DNA of 64,000 nt, taken from NCBI GenBank assembly GCA_964019425.1, contig OZ025804.1, positions 124,001-188,000 on the forward strand, given 5' to 3'. A program made the position numbers and the translations under genes. Below are positions 42,400-54,000 of this stretch, piece after piece. The stretch comes from Flectonema sp. DT1601. Taxonomy: Eukaryota. The notes below the pieces were generated by a model, which worked only from the letters and a program-made list of their open reading frames with translations, did not search any database and had not been told where the DNA came from. Every line of letters starts with the position of its first letter. Position 1 is the first letter of the stretch.

Positions 42400-42798
42400 C
42401 GATGAACTCCGAGAAGCAACATCTCAGATTGAAAATCAAAGCATCCATCCACAGTGAAGGTTGTTGCGTCAACACATAAAATGTTAAAGCTATCAGTGAA
42501 CATGGTGGATAATTTATCTTTTTTTTTCTTTAGTTGTAAACCATATCTTACTAAAGAGAGTCATTGTTGATGCCATTGGATGGGAATTTGAATCAATTCC
42601 GTGTGAAAGTAAAATACTTTCTTCTGAAAGAACAATGCCAGCATAACTTATCTCAAGGATTTCATTTTCTATATCCCACTCATCAGCCACAGCCTCTGAT
42701 ACGTTTCTAACGAGTGTCGATTCAGTCACCATCAACGATATGTCTGACAACAAAGATGTTGAATGTGATATTGTGACTTGCATTGTTTCTTTATTCAA
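42400..42798 (-). pseudogene. Truncated 5' part of a second-subfamily ubiquitin-like/LRR gene
   Basis: Homologous to 40100-40269; contains AVADEWDIE..LEISYAG..LLSHGI (ubiquitin-like); frameshifted at an A-run and truncated. Confidence 0.6.
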
Positions 42799-43269
42799 AC
42801 CATTACTTGTGAAAAACTAACTAAATGATCAAAATAAATGGCTGCGCCAATCGAGGAGGAGGAAATTGTCATTAAATAGTCTTTCAGCTTTGTCTGTATC
42901 TCCCAGAGCCAATGTCTCAGATGGATCTTAGCAGGTCCCCTCGGCATTGAATTCCTTGTGCAGATGCATTTAAGGTTTGGGTGGCAAGTCTTTTCGAAGC
43001 ATGTCGGTATGTAGCCACCGCATGATTCTCCCTCCTAGTTTTCAAGATTGGAGTGTAGTTACTTTTAAGTATCATGTTTCATAATAATAAAAGGATTAAT
43101 CTGATGAATATTTGACCTTCATTTACTTTAGTCAAAAGTATGAAGGGGACTCGTTGGAAATCCTTTTTTCGTGTTCTTCTTTTTGTCTTATTAGTTGGGA
43201 ATTTCGTTCGGCACACGGAACTTTTTTTTTTTTTTTTGTTATTTTGAATTAAAATCTTCGTTCCTAAAA

Positions 43270-43545
43270 ATATTACAAATGTGAATTTAAAATGACTAAT
43301 CCAGAACCTCTCGGTTGGGTGTTGTTTTTCAAGAAGTCAGGTTTATTAATAACTTTCAGTGTCATTGGGAAAAAGTGGATATTTTCTTTTTCCAATCAAT
43401 TTGTATAATGGTTGAGTAGATTTCCCCTGAACTGAGCGATTGCTCTAAAGTTGTTTTTCTCGACCTCACGAAGTTATACAAGTTTGACCAACATAACGGA
43501 TGTGTCCTTTCTTACACAATTAACCATAAATTACTTCTGTATATT
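43270..43545 (-). pseudogene. Degenerate GIY-YIG endonuclease relic (Penelope-like element?)
   Basis: Manual translation EVIYG*LCKKGHIRYVGQT....REKQ..QPLYKLI and, after frameshifts, ERFWI; contains stop codons. Confidence 0.5.
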
Positions 43546-43844
43546 CTTGTGGTTGTGCTTCCGTGGCTTTCACCTCGTTAATGACAGCCATGTGATTGAT
43601 TGTTGATAATAATAATAATAAAACTGAATACATATGAACTACATCACTATCTGTTCATCATCGTATGGTGTGAAGTCCCTGGGGAGTTCCTTGTTTTAGT
43701 AATTACTTTGAGGGAGTAATAAGATACTTAATCAGGCTCAATGTAACAACACTACGGGGAAGCTAAAGTCATACGGCACTGGAGAATCACAGCAGGGAGA
43801 GGATCCCAGAAACGTCAATCAAAAAAAGGTTCACAAAAGAGAAG

Positions 43845-46115
43845 ATTTCGGTAATAAGCTTCCCATCACTGTTTGCACCTGAGAAGGAAATATGATAAGA
43901 GAATAAGGCATTAACTAAACAAGCTGAGATCAACACAAAGAAGTGTCTACACTGTAGATGGGTGCAGATTACTTCCACTCGAGCAGGGATTGTGTCAGGC
44001 CCGTTTCGATTCGATCGGACACTGGCGGGGGAAAGGGCGGGTGGGGAATACCAAATGGGGTTGGGAGTCTGATAGAATATGACCCAGTCAAGGGAATAAG
44101 AACACTGCAATGCAATCAAATATTCAATTCCAACTAACAAACACTTGTTAAGAGTGTGTGAGCGAACACACATCTTCTTTTCTGAAAACACCAACAAATA
44201 AAAGATAAATTAAATACTCTGAAATAAAACAAAAGGAACAACGCACACACACTAAAAACAACACTGATGTGATTTATGTCATTTCAAATCCTTTATGCTC
44301 GTATGCAGTTCGTCTCTGTTAATGGATGAACAACCTTTTAGGAAATTACTTCCAACGAATTCCACATTCACGAGGGTTAAATCCAAGGAAGTAAGTGATG
44401 AACAATTAAATAGAAAAGAGTGTCCAACATATGAAATATTGCTGAGACTTGATAAGTCCAGAGATGTTAGGGATGAACAATTATTTAGAAACTCGCTTCT
44501 AACTTCTGAAATATTGCTGAGACTTGATAAGTCCAGAGATGTTAGGGATGAACAATTATATAGAAAATTGATATCAACAACTGAAACATTGCTGAGACCT
44601 GATAAGTCCAGAGATGTGAGGGATGAACAATTATATAGAAACTCGCTTCTAACTTCTGAAATATTGCTGAGACTTGATAAGTCCAGAGATGTGAGGGATG
44701 AACAACCTCTTAGAAAATTGAAACCAACAACTGAAACATTGCTGAGACCTGATAAGTCCAGAGATGTGAGGGATGAACAATTATATAGAAAATTGTTTCC
44801 AACATCTGAAATATTGCTGAGACTTGATAAGTCCAGAGATGTGAGGGATGAACAATTATATAGAAACTCGCTTCTAACTTCTGAAATATTGCTGAGACTT
44901 GATAAGTCCAGAGATGTGAGGGATGAACAATCTCTTAGAAAATTGAAACCAACAACTGAAACATTGCTGAGACCTGATAAGTCCAGAGATGTGAGGGATG
45001 AACAAAAATATAGAAAATTGTTTCCAACATCTGAAATATTGCTGAGACTTGATAAGTCCAGAGATGTTAGGGATGAACAATTACAAAGAAAACTGTCTCC
45101 AATAACTGAAATATTGCTGAGACTTAATAAGTTAAGAGATGTGAGGGATGAACAATGAATTAGGAAAGAGTATCCAACAACTGAAATATTGCTGAGACCT
45201 GATAAGTTAACAGATGTGAGGGATGAACAATTACTTAGAAAACCATCTCCAACAGCTGAAACATTGCTGAGACTTGATAAGTTAACAGACGTCAGGGATG
45301 AACAATTATTTAGAAAACCATCTCCGACAGCTGAAATATTGCTGAGACTTGATAAGTCTACGGATGACAGTGAATTGCAATGTTTGAGGAAATTATTACC
45401 AACAGATGTGACGTATTGAAGACCAGGAAGACTGACCTTTATAACCTTACGAGATGAGGATAAGAAATCATCCGAAACGGTCGTGACTGAGGGTTCAGAG
45501 TTGCTGAATGAGATGTTCGTAACATCATCCGAGAACCACTCACTGTTAAACTGAAGACAGCCATCCACAGCGAATGTGGGAGTATCAAGGCAGAAAAACC
45601 CGTCCTGATCCCGTTCTCCTCGTAGGAATGCCTTCGCTCTCTTTGCAGCATCTGTGAACCATTCCAATCCAAACAAGCGCACCACAGATGCATCCAACAG
45701 CGAGCCGTCCTCCACTCCGTACGACACCAGTCGACTACCTGCTCGAAGCAGCGATCCTGCGAATGAAAGCTCAAGAAAGTCAGCATCGGTATCCCACTCA
45801 TCAGCTGCAACCTGCAATGCATCCTTCACGCGCGACTCTCCAGAAGCTGTGAAAACAACGTCAGGAAACCCTGTGTCTGGGAACGTAACCGAGAGTTGCA
45901 TTTTAACCTGCCTGAGTAACCTACGAAATGTGATGATGAATGGCTTGGAGTATGATGAGATTAAAGAACGTGCAAAACATATTTCTTCAAACAGACTTTC
46001 TTTTTCTTATGATACACGATTTAGATTCAACCTATTGAAGTTGGGGGTTCTGATAATGTCATCTTCGCTGTTAAGTAAAAAATGATAATTAAGTTTCGCT
46101 TTAAAAGAAGAAACA
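43845..46115. repeat. Segmental duplication of about 40545-42310 (LRR gene with flanks)
   Basis: Near-identical flanks, e.g. ATTTCGGTAATAAGCTTCCCATCACTG at about 40544 and 43845, and the 5' flank up to TTTAAAAGAAGAAACAG. Confidence 0.9.
44279..45901 (-). CDS. Ubiquitin-like domain plus expanded 25-aa LRR protein (540 aa)
   Basis: Same N- and C-termini as 40982-42082, with about 7 additional 75-bp repeats. Confidence 0.88.
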   Translation of the reverse strand: MQLSVTFPDTGFPDVVFTASGESRVKDALQVAADEWDTDADFLELSFAGSLLRAGSRLVSYGVEDGSLLDASVVRLFGLEWFTDAAKRAKAFLRGERDQDGFFCLDTPTFAVDGCLQFNSEWFSDDVTNISFSNSEPSVTTVSDDFLSSSRKVIKVSLPGLQYVTSVGNNFLKHCNSLSSVDLSSLSNISAVGDGFLNNCSSLTSVNLSSLSNVSAVGDGFLSNCSSLTSVNLSGLSNISVVGYSFLIHCSSLTSLNLLSLSNISVIGDSFLCNCSSLTSLDLSSLSNISDVGNNFLYFCSSLTSLDLSGLSNVSVVGFNFLRDCSSLTSLDLSSLSNISEVRSEFLYNCSSLTSLDLSSLSNISDVGNNFLYNCSSLTSLDLSGLSNVSVVGFNFLRGCSSLTSLDLSSLSNISEVRSEFLYNCSSLTSLDLSGLSNVSVVDINFLYNCSSLTSLDLSSLSNISEVRSEFLNNCSSLTSLDLSSLSNISYVGHSFLFNCSSLTSLDLTLVNVEFVGSNFLKGCSSINRDELHTSIKDLK

Positions 46116-46119
46116 GGAA

Positions 46120-46385
46120 ACACGACACCCACACACGACAATTCGATGTTCTGAAAGCCAACACCCCACTCATCGACCGCTGCCTCTACTGCGTCCCTGA
46201 CCAGCGTGTCCGCCGTCACTGTAAACGGAACAGTTGGGAATTCTCCATCTGAACAGGAAATGAAAATCTACATGTTGCCTGTCAGCCCTGTAATGTAAAC
46301 AGTAATAACTAAATAACGTGTAAGCAGTAAGCAATGATGAAGTCTTGAAGAATCGATGTTTGTGTTGTGTAGCATGTGACCTGTG
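46120..46385 (-). pseudogene. Duplicated 5' fragment of the 55758-57164 LRR gene
   Basis: Near-identical to about 57011-57273; the second codon is changed from CAG to TAG. Confidence 0.85.
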
Positions 46386-49300
46386 TGCTCCGATTAGCAT
46401 GTTTTCTATCAGACGAAATAAGTTTTTAACTTTCGACTCATAAGAAGTTCAGTCACCGTGTCAGAATATTTCATTTGTTATATGAATATTAAAACAAATT
46501 AAAGCTGCAGTGTCTTCACTTCTTTATTTTATTTTATTTATTTCTTTCCTTAGATGTAAACAACAGAAACTCGTAAAAGAAAAAAAAATTTACCTAAAAA
46601 ATAAACTTGTCTAACGGCAATCGTTGATCGGAAGTCTTTTTTTTTTTTTTTTTTTTTTTTTCCCATATTTTTCCACCTTTAAAGTCACACTGGTACATAC
46701 CAGTTAAACATCGTCAATTTTATCATAGAAGGTGAAGGTAGGACAAAGTGATTCAAAATGGTGAAGAAAAGGCCACAAAGAAGAAAGCAGATAAGACTCA
46801 GTGAGATACACTCACAAAATCGATTTGATATTTTAACGGGGGAAGGGGGAGAAGGAAAGACACCGGGTCTTCGCTTTATAAAAAAAAAAAAGAATAAAAA
46901 AAAATAAAAAAAAAAGTAGAGTTAGCTGGGTAAATTCACCTTCCAAGAGAAGCCACAAGACAGATTGAGTCCTAACAACGACGATATATTAATTTTCTTT
47001 TTACCAAATACAGAGAAGAAGAACTGTTTGAACCGTTTACTTTTAAAAGCAACGAAGCAGCAATCATTACTTTCAAACACACATTCTGTCTCTCTAAACA
47101 CGAAACAGTTATTTAATTTTTTGGTATTTCAGAGAGCCAATCAATTCTTTCGAAAAAAAAAAAAATTTAGGAACAATTTTGTTATTTTGCGAACAACACT
47201 TCTCCGATGGTAATAAAATGATAAGAACAAGCAGGGTAACAATACAAAAATAATTTTTTTTTTTTTTTTTTTTTAATTAATTTGCTTTTGACTGGAAAAA
47301 AAAAAAAAAAAAAAAATAAAAAAAAATTGAAGTTGTTAATCAAAGAAAAAGGCAAATTTTTTTTAGAAAAAAAATAAAACATAAAATAAAAAAGGGAACG
47401 AGGGGGAAAAAAAAAAAAAACAGTTCTTATTACAGCTACGAAGTGGGGAATTTTTTGTTTTTTTGTTTTTCATGCAATACTGGTTTAGTGTATCAGTTGC
47501 GAGGGGGCAACTTCATAAGATTAAATATAAAGCAACTTGAAACTGGCTAAAACGAATACAGGGTTCGACCAAACTTAGTTGCAATAAATGAGATAACCAA
47601 CAGTTGGGGGGGTTTAACTGTTCGAGTTTGTACGTAAAATACAAATGTTGGGGGGGAAATGAAAAAAGAAAAAAGAGGAGGAAAAAAAAGATCGGATAAA
47701 TTATTTAAATTTACCGATGTAAGAGAACTACAAACGGGCAAGTACTAACAAAGACATAAATGGGTCGACACAACTGCCTCATCTCAATTCAATGGAAGGA
47801 AACTATTATGTCAACAAAAAGAAGAAGAAGAGGAGAAAATGAAAAGGGAAACGACACACTTAAACTATTTACAATAATTATGTGTTGAAATAGTTGCAAA
47901 CAGAGAACAATGAAAAAAAAAAAAAAAAAAAAAAAATTACTTTTTTTGGAAATAGAGCCCACCCAAAACAACCTATTTGTATCGTACAGAAAGTAAGACA
48001 ACACGAAACTCCATCATCTTCTTCTTCACTTTCTTGGGGGAAAAAGAGAGCAGTAAACCATTGTTCGACTTGTTTCTTTTTTTTTTTTTTTTTTTTTCTT
48101 CTTCTTAAATGTCTCACGGTTTGTGCATGTTAGGCGTCTAAAAAAATAAAAATAAAAAAACAGAGCAGACGTATCCCAAAACCTAAAAAGTTGAGAACAG
48201 GGGAACAGGATGAAGCAAATCCCTCAACTGCTTTTTTTGATTTTGTAAAAACTGTGAACCATAATAATAGATAGTATCATTGTTTTAGTATAGAAAAAGT
48301 GAAAAATAAAAAATTGAGATTAGTAAAAGAAAAGTATTGTAGATATAGAAGTCAAATACATTGCGTACTTTACATCGCTGATACAGCAAACCAGCGACTG
48401 GGATTTAACTCCCGCTTAACTTTGCCTTTCGAAGTAATATTTAGAAGGCTAGGGAGGCAAGACTGTTTAAAAAGTAATAATTTCAAAAAATAAGTAATAA
48501 AGGGATACTATGATTACTGAGAGGGGGGGGGGTTAACTTGATTTTTGTGAGGAGGGAAAGCCAATACGCTGACTACAAGCAGCTACACACAACTCTTTCC
48601 TCCATGGGGAAGAGGAGGATTCCCTTTTTTTCTTCTTTTTTTTTACTCCAACTGAAAATCCGGTTATGATATTTTCAGTCCGGCAAAACACTTTTAAACA
48701 CAAAGAGAAAAATAAGAAATGTGTTTTTTTTTTTTTTTTTTTTTTTTTTTCTAAAAATAAAAGTAAACAAATAAAATGAACAGAATAAAAAAGACGGTAG
48801 CAATACACAAAGCTTAACCAGGACGGTACCGTCATTTATTTGTCCCACAAACGTCGAGATAGAGAGAGTGTGTGGGGAGAAGAACAAAAAAAATATGAAG
48901 CAAGCTGGGAAACAAAAAACGAAGACGCATAGCGGTGGTGAATAACGAGCATTAAAAAAAAAAAAAAAAAAAAGAAAGAAAGAAAAAAAAAGAGATAAGC
49001 GCCCATAGTCTTTCATGATATTACCACAAGCACGAAGAGACGGGAAAGTGACGGCTTGTTAAGATATTTTCGTAGTAAAACATTCAGGTTTTTTCTTCTT
49101 TTTTTTTTTTTTTTTCATTCACCTTGAACAATATAACTAGTATATCAATCAATCACTCACTCAGCTTCTTATTTGAGTCCACTGAGTACGTTATGAAGAC
49201 AACTCCCAAAGATAACTCCAGAGGCCCCAAATACCGATACGAATTAAAACCTAATCCCAGACAGCGCCAATACGGTAAGACTATCCAAATGCAATTGCAA

Positions 49301-51011
49301 GAAACGTGGTTTTTTTTTTTTTTAAAAAAAAAGAGAAAAAAAAACCCCAACCTCATCGCACCTTACTGCTGATGTGTATGTTGGAAGAGCGATCACACGT
49401 ACTTATCATTTTTGGGGAAAACGATGTGAGAACCGGAAATTGAGTCACTATCGGGGCGTTAGAACATTACGGGGGGTTAACTGTTCGATTTTTTAAACGT
49501 AAAATACAAATCAAGTAATTGTAATAAACAATATAACGATAATTTAACATTAATTCATAGATACATGTTGACTAAAAGGTAATGTTAGTATAAACATACA
49601 CTCTGCTTTAAGGGAGGTGTGAAACTTTGACAATGTTAGTATCATTAATTTTAGAACAGAAAAGTGAGAATAAGAAAAGTAGAGATCAATAAAAGAAAAG
49701 TATTCATTTCTGCAGTTTCCTAACATCAAAGGGTAATAGAATATGTAGTTTCAGGCCTTAATCTTATACTACTTGTCCCTTTTTAGGCCGGGAAACTTTG
49801 ACAATGTTAGTTAGTTAGTCAATGTAAAAACAGTAGCAATTTTAGGGTATTAAAAACAAAATTAACATCAAAGTACTTGACTGGGAAATATTTGTAGTTA
49901 ACTATCAAAGAAAAGGTACGTTTAACCAGCAGACGCTGTCGAAGCTGTTAGCGTACTATCAGGTTGAGCGTCCCATGCCTTGTAGTCCGCTCTACAACAT
50001 ATACTTAAACAACATATAAAAAAAAAAAAATTAAAAAAAAAAACAGTTCTTAATATAGCTAGTTGGCAGAACTTTATGGGGTGAAAATCTGACAATGTAA
50101 AAACAGTACAAAATTAATATCAAAGTACTTGACTGAAGAAATATTTGTAGTTGTTAATCAAAGAAAATTACGTTTAGAAAAAAAGTAAACATAAAAAGAG
50201 AAAACTATATTTTTTGTCTTACTGACCGAGAAGACGTTGTCGAATCTGGTAAATCGAGGACCACACTAAACAGGTTGAGCGTCCCATGCCCTGTAGTCCG
50301 TTACAACTTACACTTAACCGAAGTTAAAAAGAAAAAGTTAGTTCCTATTACGGCTGAGAAAAAAAAATGAAAAATAGAAATCGATTTTCATATTTAAGAC
50401 GTCCTTTTTTTTTTTTTTTTTTTTTTTCGCCGAAGCGAAGATGCCGGGAAGAAACCACTTTTTTTTTCCTCGTAACGATATGAGCGGTTCCGCACACAAA
50501 ATAACAACAATGAAATAAAAAGAAATGAAGCCACGCGTGTCATCAATATTTTTTTTTTTTTTCCCCTCCTCCTCTCCCCGATTGGCTTTAGTTTAGTTAG
50601 TTAGTTTGGTTGGCTTGGTAAGCACAAAGTCAGGGAAAGGAAAAAAAAAAAAACAGAACGTCAACTATTGTACAACTGGCGTTAAACAAAAAAAATTATA
50701 ATAAAATACCACCGTAACGCTTCCATTTGACTGAAAAACAGAGAAAAGAAAATAGTTGGAAACTTAACATTCCCAATCATTGATTGAATGTCAGCTCTGT
50801 GCCGTCTCAAAACAGTGAACCTGAACTAAAACAGATTTACTGTGAGCCGCTTCAACATTATTATTCTTGTTGGTTATAAAAATAAACCTATTCAGTCAAA
50901 GTTGCGTTTTTTTAAAAAAAAAAAAGAATAATTCGTGCACGAAAAGATAAAAACGCCAAACAGACCCACGTGTCCCTTGGGTGGGCTCTTCTTCGAAGAG
51001 TCTTAATAGGA

Positions 51012-54000
51012 TTAAACAAGACTCTCATTATCACTGTCATTTCTGACGCCGTTCTCTCCAATTAGTTTGGCATTTTTAGCGAGTTCGTAGAATATTCCTT
51101 CAGTGTCGTCTAAGAGTTCACCGTAGGAAGCGTACTGGGCAACTTCACCAACTCCATCAACACAATCCATAACAAGAATTCTATCAGAATGTGTGATTGT
51201 ATTCAGTCGATGAGCAATCGTTAAAACAGTGCAATCAGCGAATGCTGACAAGAGAGTTGACTGAATAAGTTTATCAGTGTACACATCAACAGACGCAGTC
51301 GCTTCATCTAAGAGAAGGAATTTCCTTCCTAAAACAAGTGCTCTTGCTAAACACAACATCTGACGTTGACCAATTGAAAGAGTGTCATCACTAATTGTAA
51401 CGTCAAGGATGTCTTTAGTCGCAAGACGTTCAGCTCTTGATTGCAAGTGTTCCTCAAGATGACACTTCTTTAAAGCTGATCGAAGCTCATCGTCGTTAAC
51501 TTTATCAAAAGGGTCGATGTTCTTACGAACTGAATTAGCGAATAGAATCGGTTCTTGTGGAATGATAGCAAACAACGATCTGAGATCTTTCAAATTCATT
51601 TTGTTTGCATTCACTCCATCGATTATAAGTTTAAAACCCGATTCCGGTCTCATCAGACGAAATAATGTTTTTAGAAGAGTACTCTTTCCGGCACCAGTAC
51701 GACCAACAATTCCAATTTTCCAACCAGGTTCAATTTCGATATTTACATCACGTACAGCCAGAGGTAAGTTTTTTCGATACCTGACCGAGAGATTGCAAAT
51801 TGACATCCGTCCTTCAGTTGGCCAATTTTTTGGTTTTGGAAGAGCTTTCATAGCAGCAGCAGTCGACTCTTCAGGTGGTAAGTCGCAGTACTCAAGGACT
51901 CTCTCAGCAGAGTTCATAGCGAGATCAAGTTGTTGAAGCATTAAGAATGTTTGACTTACCGACAATACAATAAATACACCCTGAGATATTAGTATTCCTA
52001 ATGTTGAGTCGGTGACGTCATCAGAAACTAATCCGAGAATTACAAAAATAGATCCCATTATCACACCCGACAAGAAATTAACTCTTAATCTGACCCACTC
52101 GAATGCCATTCTCTCGGTCATAAAACACTTGTGATTCGTATCAACTGCCGCAGCTTGATCTCTTAAAACTATATCTTGTTGACCGTATGCTCTGATGGTG
52201 GCTAAGCCTCTCAAATTTTCAGCAAAATTATTAGAAACTGGTGATTTTGTGATGTTAAAAAGTCTTCTAAGTTGAATCGAGGCAGCGTTTCTTGTTAGAA
52301 TCCAATACACTGAAAGACCAATCGGAATGTACATCAAAGTAAACCACGGCAGAGTTAAAGAAATCATAACCATCGCAGAGAAAAGCATTCCAACAGCTGT
52401 AGAGAATTGCGATGCATAAATAGGAACTTGAAAATCAACAGCTTCCCAGTCATTTACGAATCGAGTTAAGATTCTTCCAACTGGTGTTGTGTCAAAGAAT
52501 TCAGTTGGACTAGCAAGTACAGCTTTCAATTCATTTTTATACAAGTTGATACAAGGACGACAGGCTCCCTTTCCAAACTCGTACTCTCTTAAGGCGAATA
52601 CTAAACACCCGATAGTTATTATTCCAATATAACAAATAAACCATACTCCTGTTGACATCCTGTCTTCAATAATATATCCACGGTACCAGGCGGCGGATTG
52701 CCGACCTCCTCGTTCTGCGTACCACCCAAGCCAAATTTGAGAAAACTTATCACAAAAGTTGAATATAAAGTGTCCCAACACGATTCCACTCCACCATAGC
52801 TTCCCACCATACTGTCCGAAGTATTGTTTGTAAGTGGAAAGGGAAACGTCTTCTTCGAGAAGAACTTCAGCGACTTCCAAATCCTTGCCGGAGAATTTTT
52901 TGTTTTTAAACACTTTTTCGTTCTCAACGACGCTGCCAGTCGTTACCTCCGTACAGACTGAGGCGGTGTCGGCTCTCTGTTTGGCTTCTTCAGCATCAGT
53001 CTGTGTAGTCATGAATTCATTTACTAACTGTGCGAGAGTCAAGTCACTGTAATCGTCAGCTATCCCTCTCAAGTCAGAGGCGTACTTCTTAATGTTAATT
53101 TCAACAAGTCTACCTCCAGGTTCTGCACTGTAAAGCCTGTCTGCTTCATGAATAAATTGGAGTTGGTTTGTGACCAGGATTCTTGTCTTTCCAGATAATT
53201 GTTTTTTCAAGACTTTTTCAAAAATGTATTTTCCAACGTGTGCGTCTACAGCAGACAGCACATCATCAAACAGATAAACGTCGGCATCTCTGTAGACTGC
53301 ACGACCTAATGCAATTCTGGCTTTCTGTCCACCACTTATGTTGATTCCCTTCTCTCCGATGACGGTGGCGTCTCCCTCAGGGAATTGGTTTTCAATGTCT
53401 TGTAAAAGTGCGACGTCCTTCACAACTTTTCGGTAATCGCTTTCACTGTCAACAAGACCAGGAAGTTTTCTACCCCATTGAATGTTTTGTTTTATTGAAC
53501 CTGATGCAATCCATGGTGTTTGAGGACAATACGCAATGTCACCTCCGATATGAAATTCACCACTGCTGTGAGTGACTTCTCCTAATAAGCCTGACAAGAA
53601 TGACGTCTTACCCGATCCTACCTTTCCCACAATCATTACTAACTCTCCAGCGTCAGCTTTGAAGTTTATATCTGAAAGAATTGGTGTTGGTGTCGATCCT
53701 TTTCCGCCGGAGGATTCCCATGAAATAGATCCTTGAGTGACGGTTACACAGCTGTCTTTGGTTTTTATTTTACGCGGAGCAGCTTGTTCTTTACAAAGCA
53801 TCGACTGAATTCTACGAAGTCCTATAAGAGATTGAGACAATCCAGACCATACAAATGGAATGATGACGGTACTAATACGTAACACGTGACTCAGTGCTAA
53901 TGATGTAAAGATCTTTCTAGCAGTCAAGTCATCTGGATAAACAGATGCATATGTTACTAAGATCACAGTTTGAAAAACAAACGGAGTGAATTGAGTACTG

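Noticed and set aside
44295..45158. Plus-strand repetitive ORFs (also 40998-41336)
   Set aside because: Antisense shadows of the 75-bp LRR repeats.
46400..50900. Short ORFs in the AT-rich intergenic region
   Set aside because: Dominated by poly(A)/poly(T) runs giving K/F homopolymers; no coding signal.
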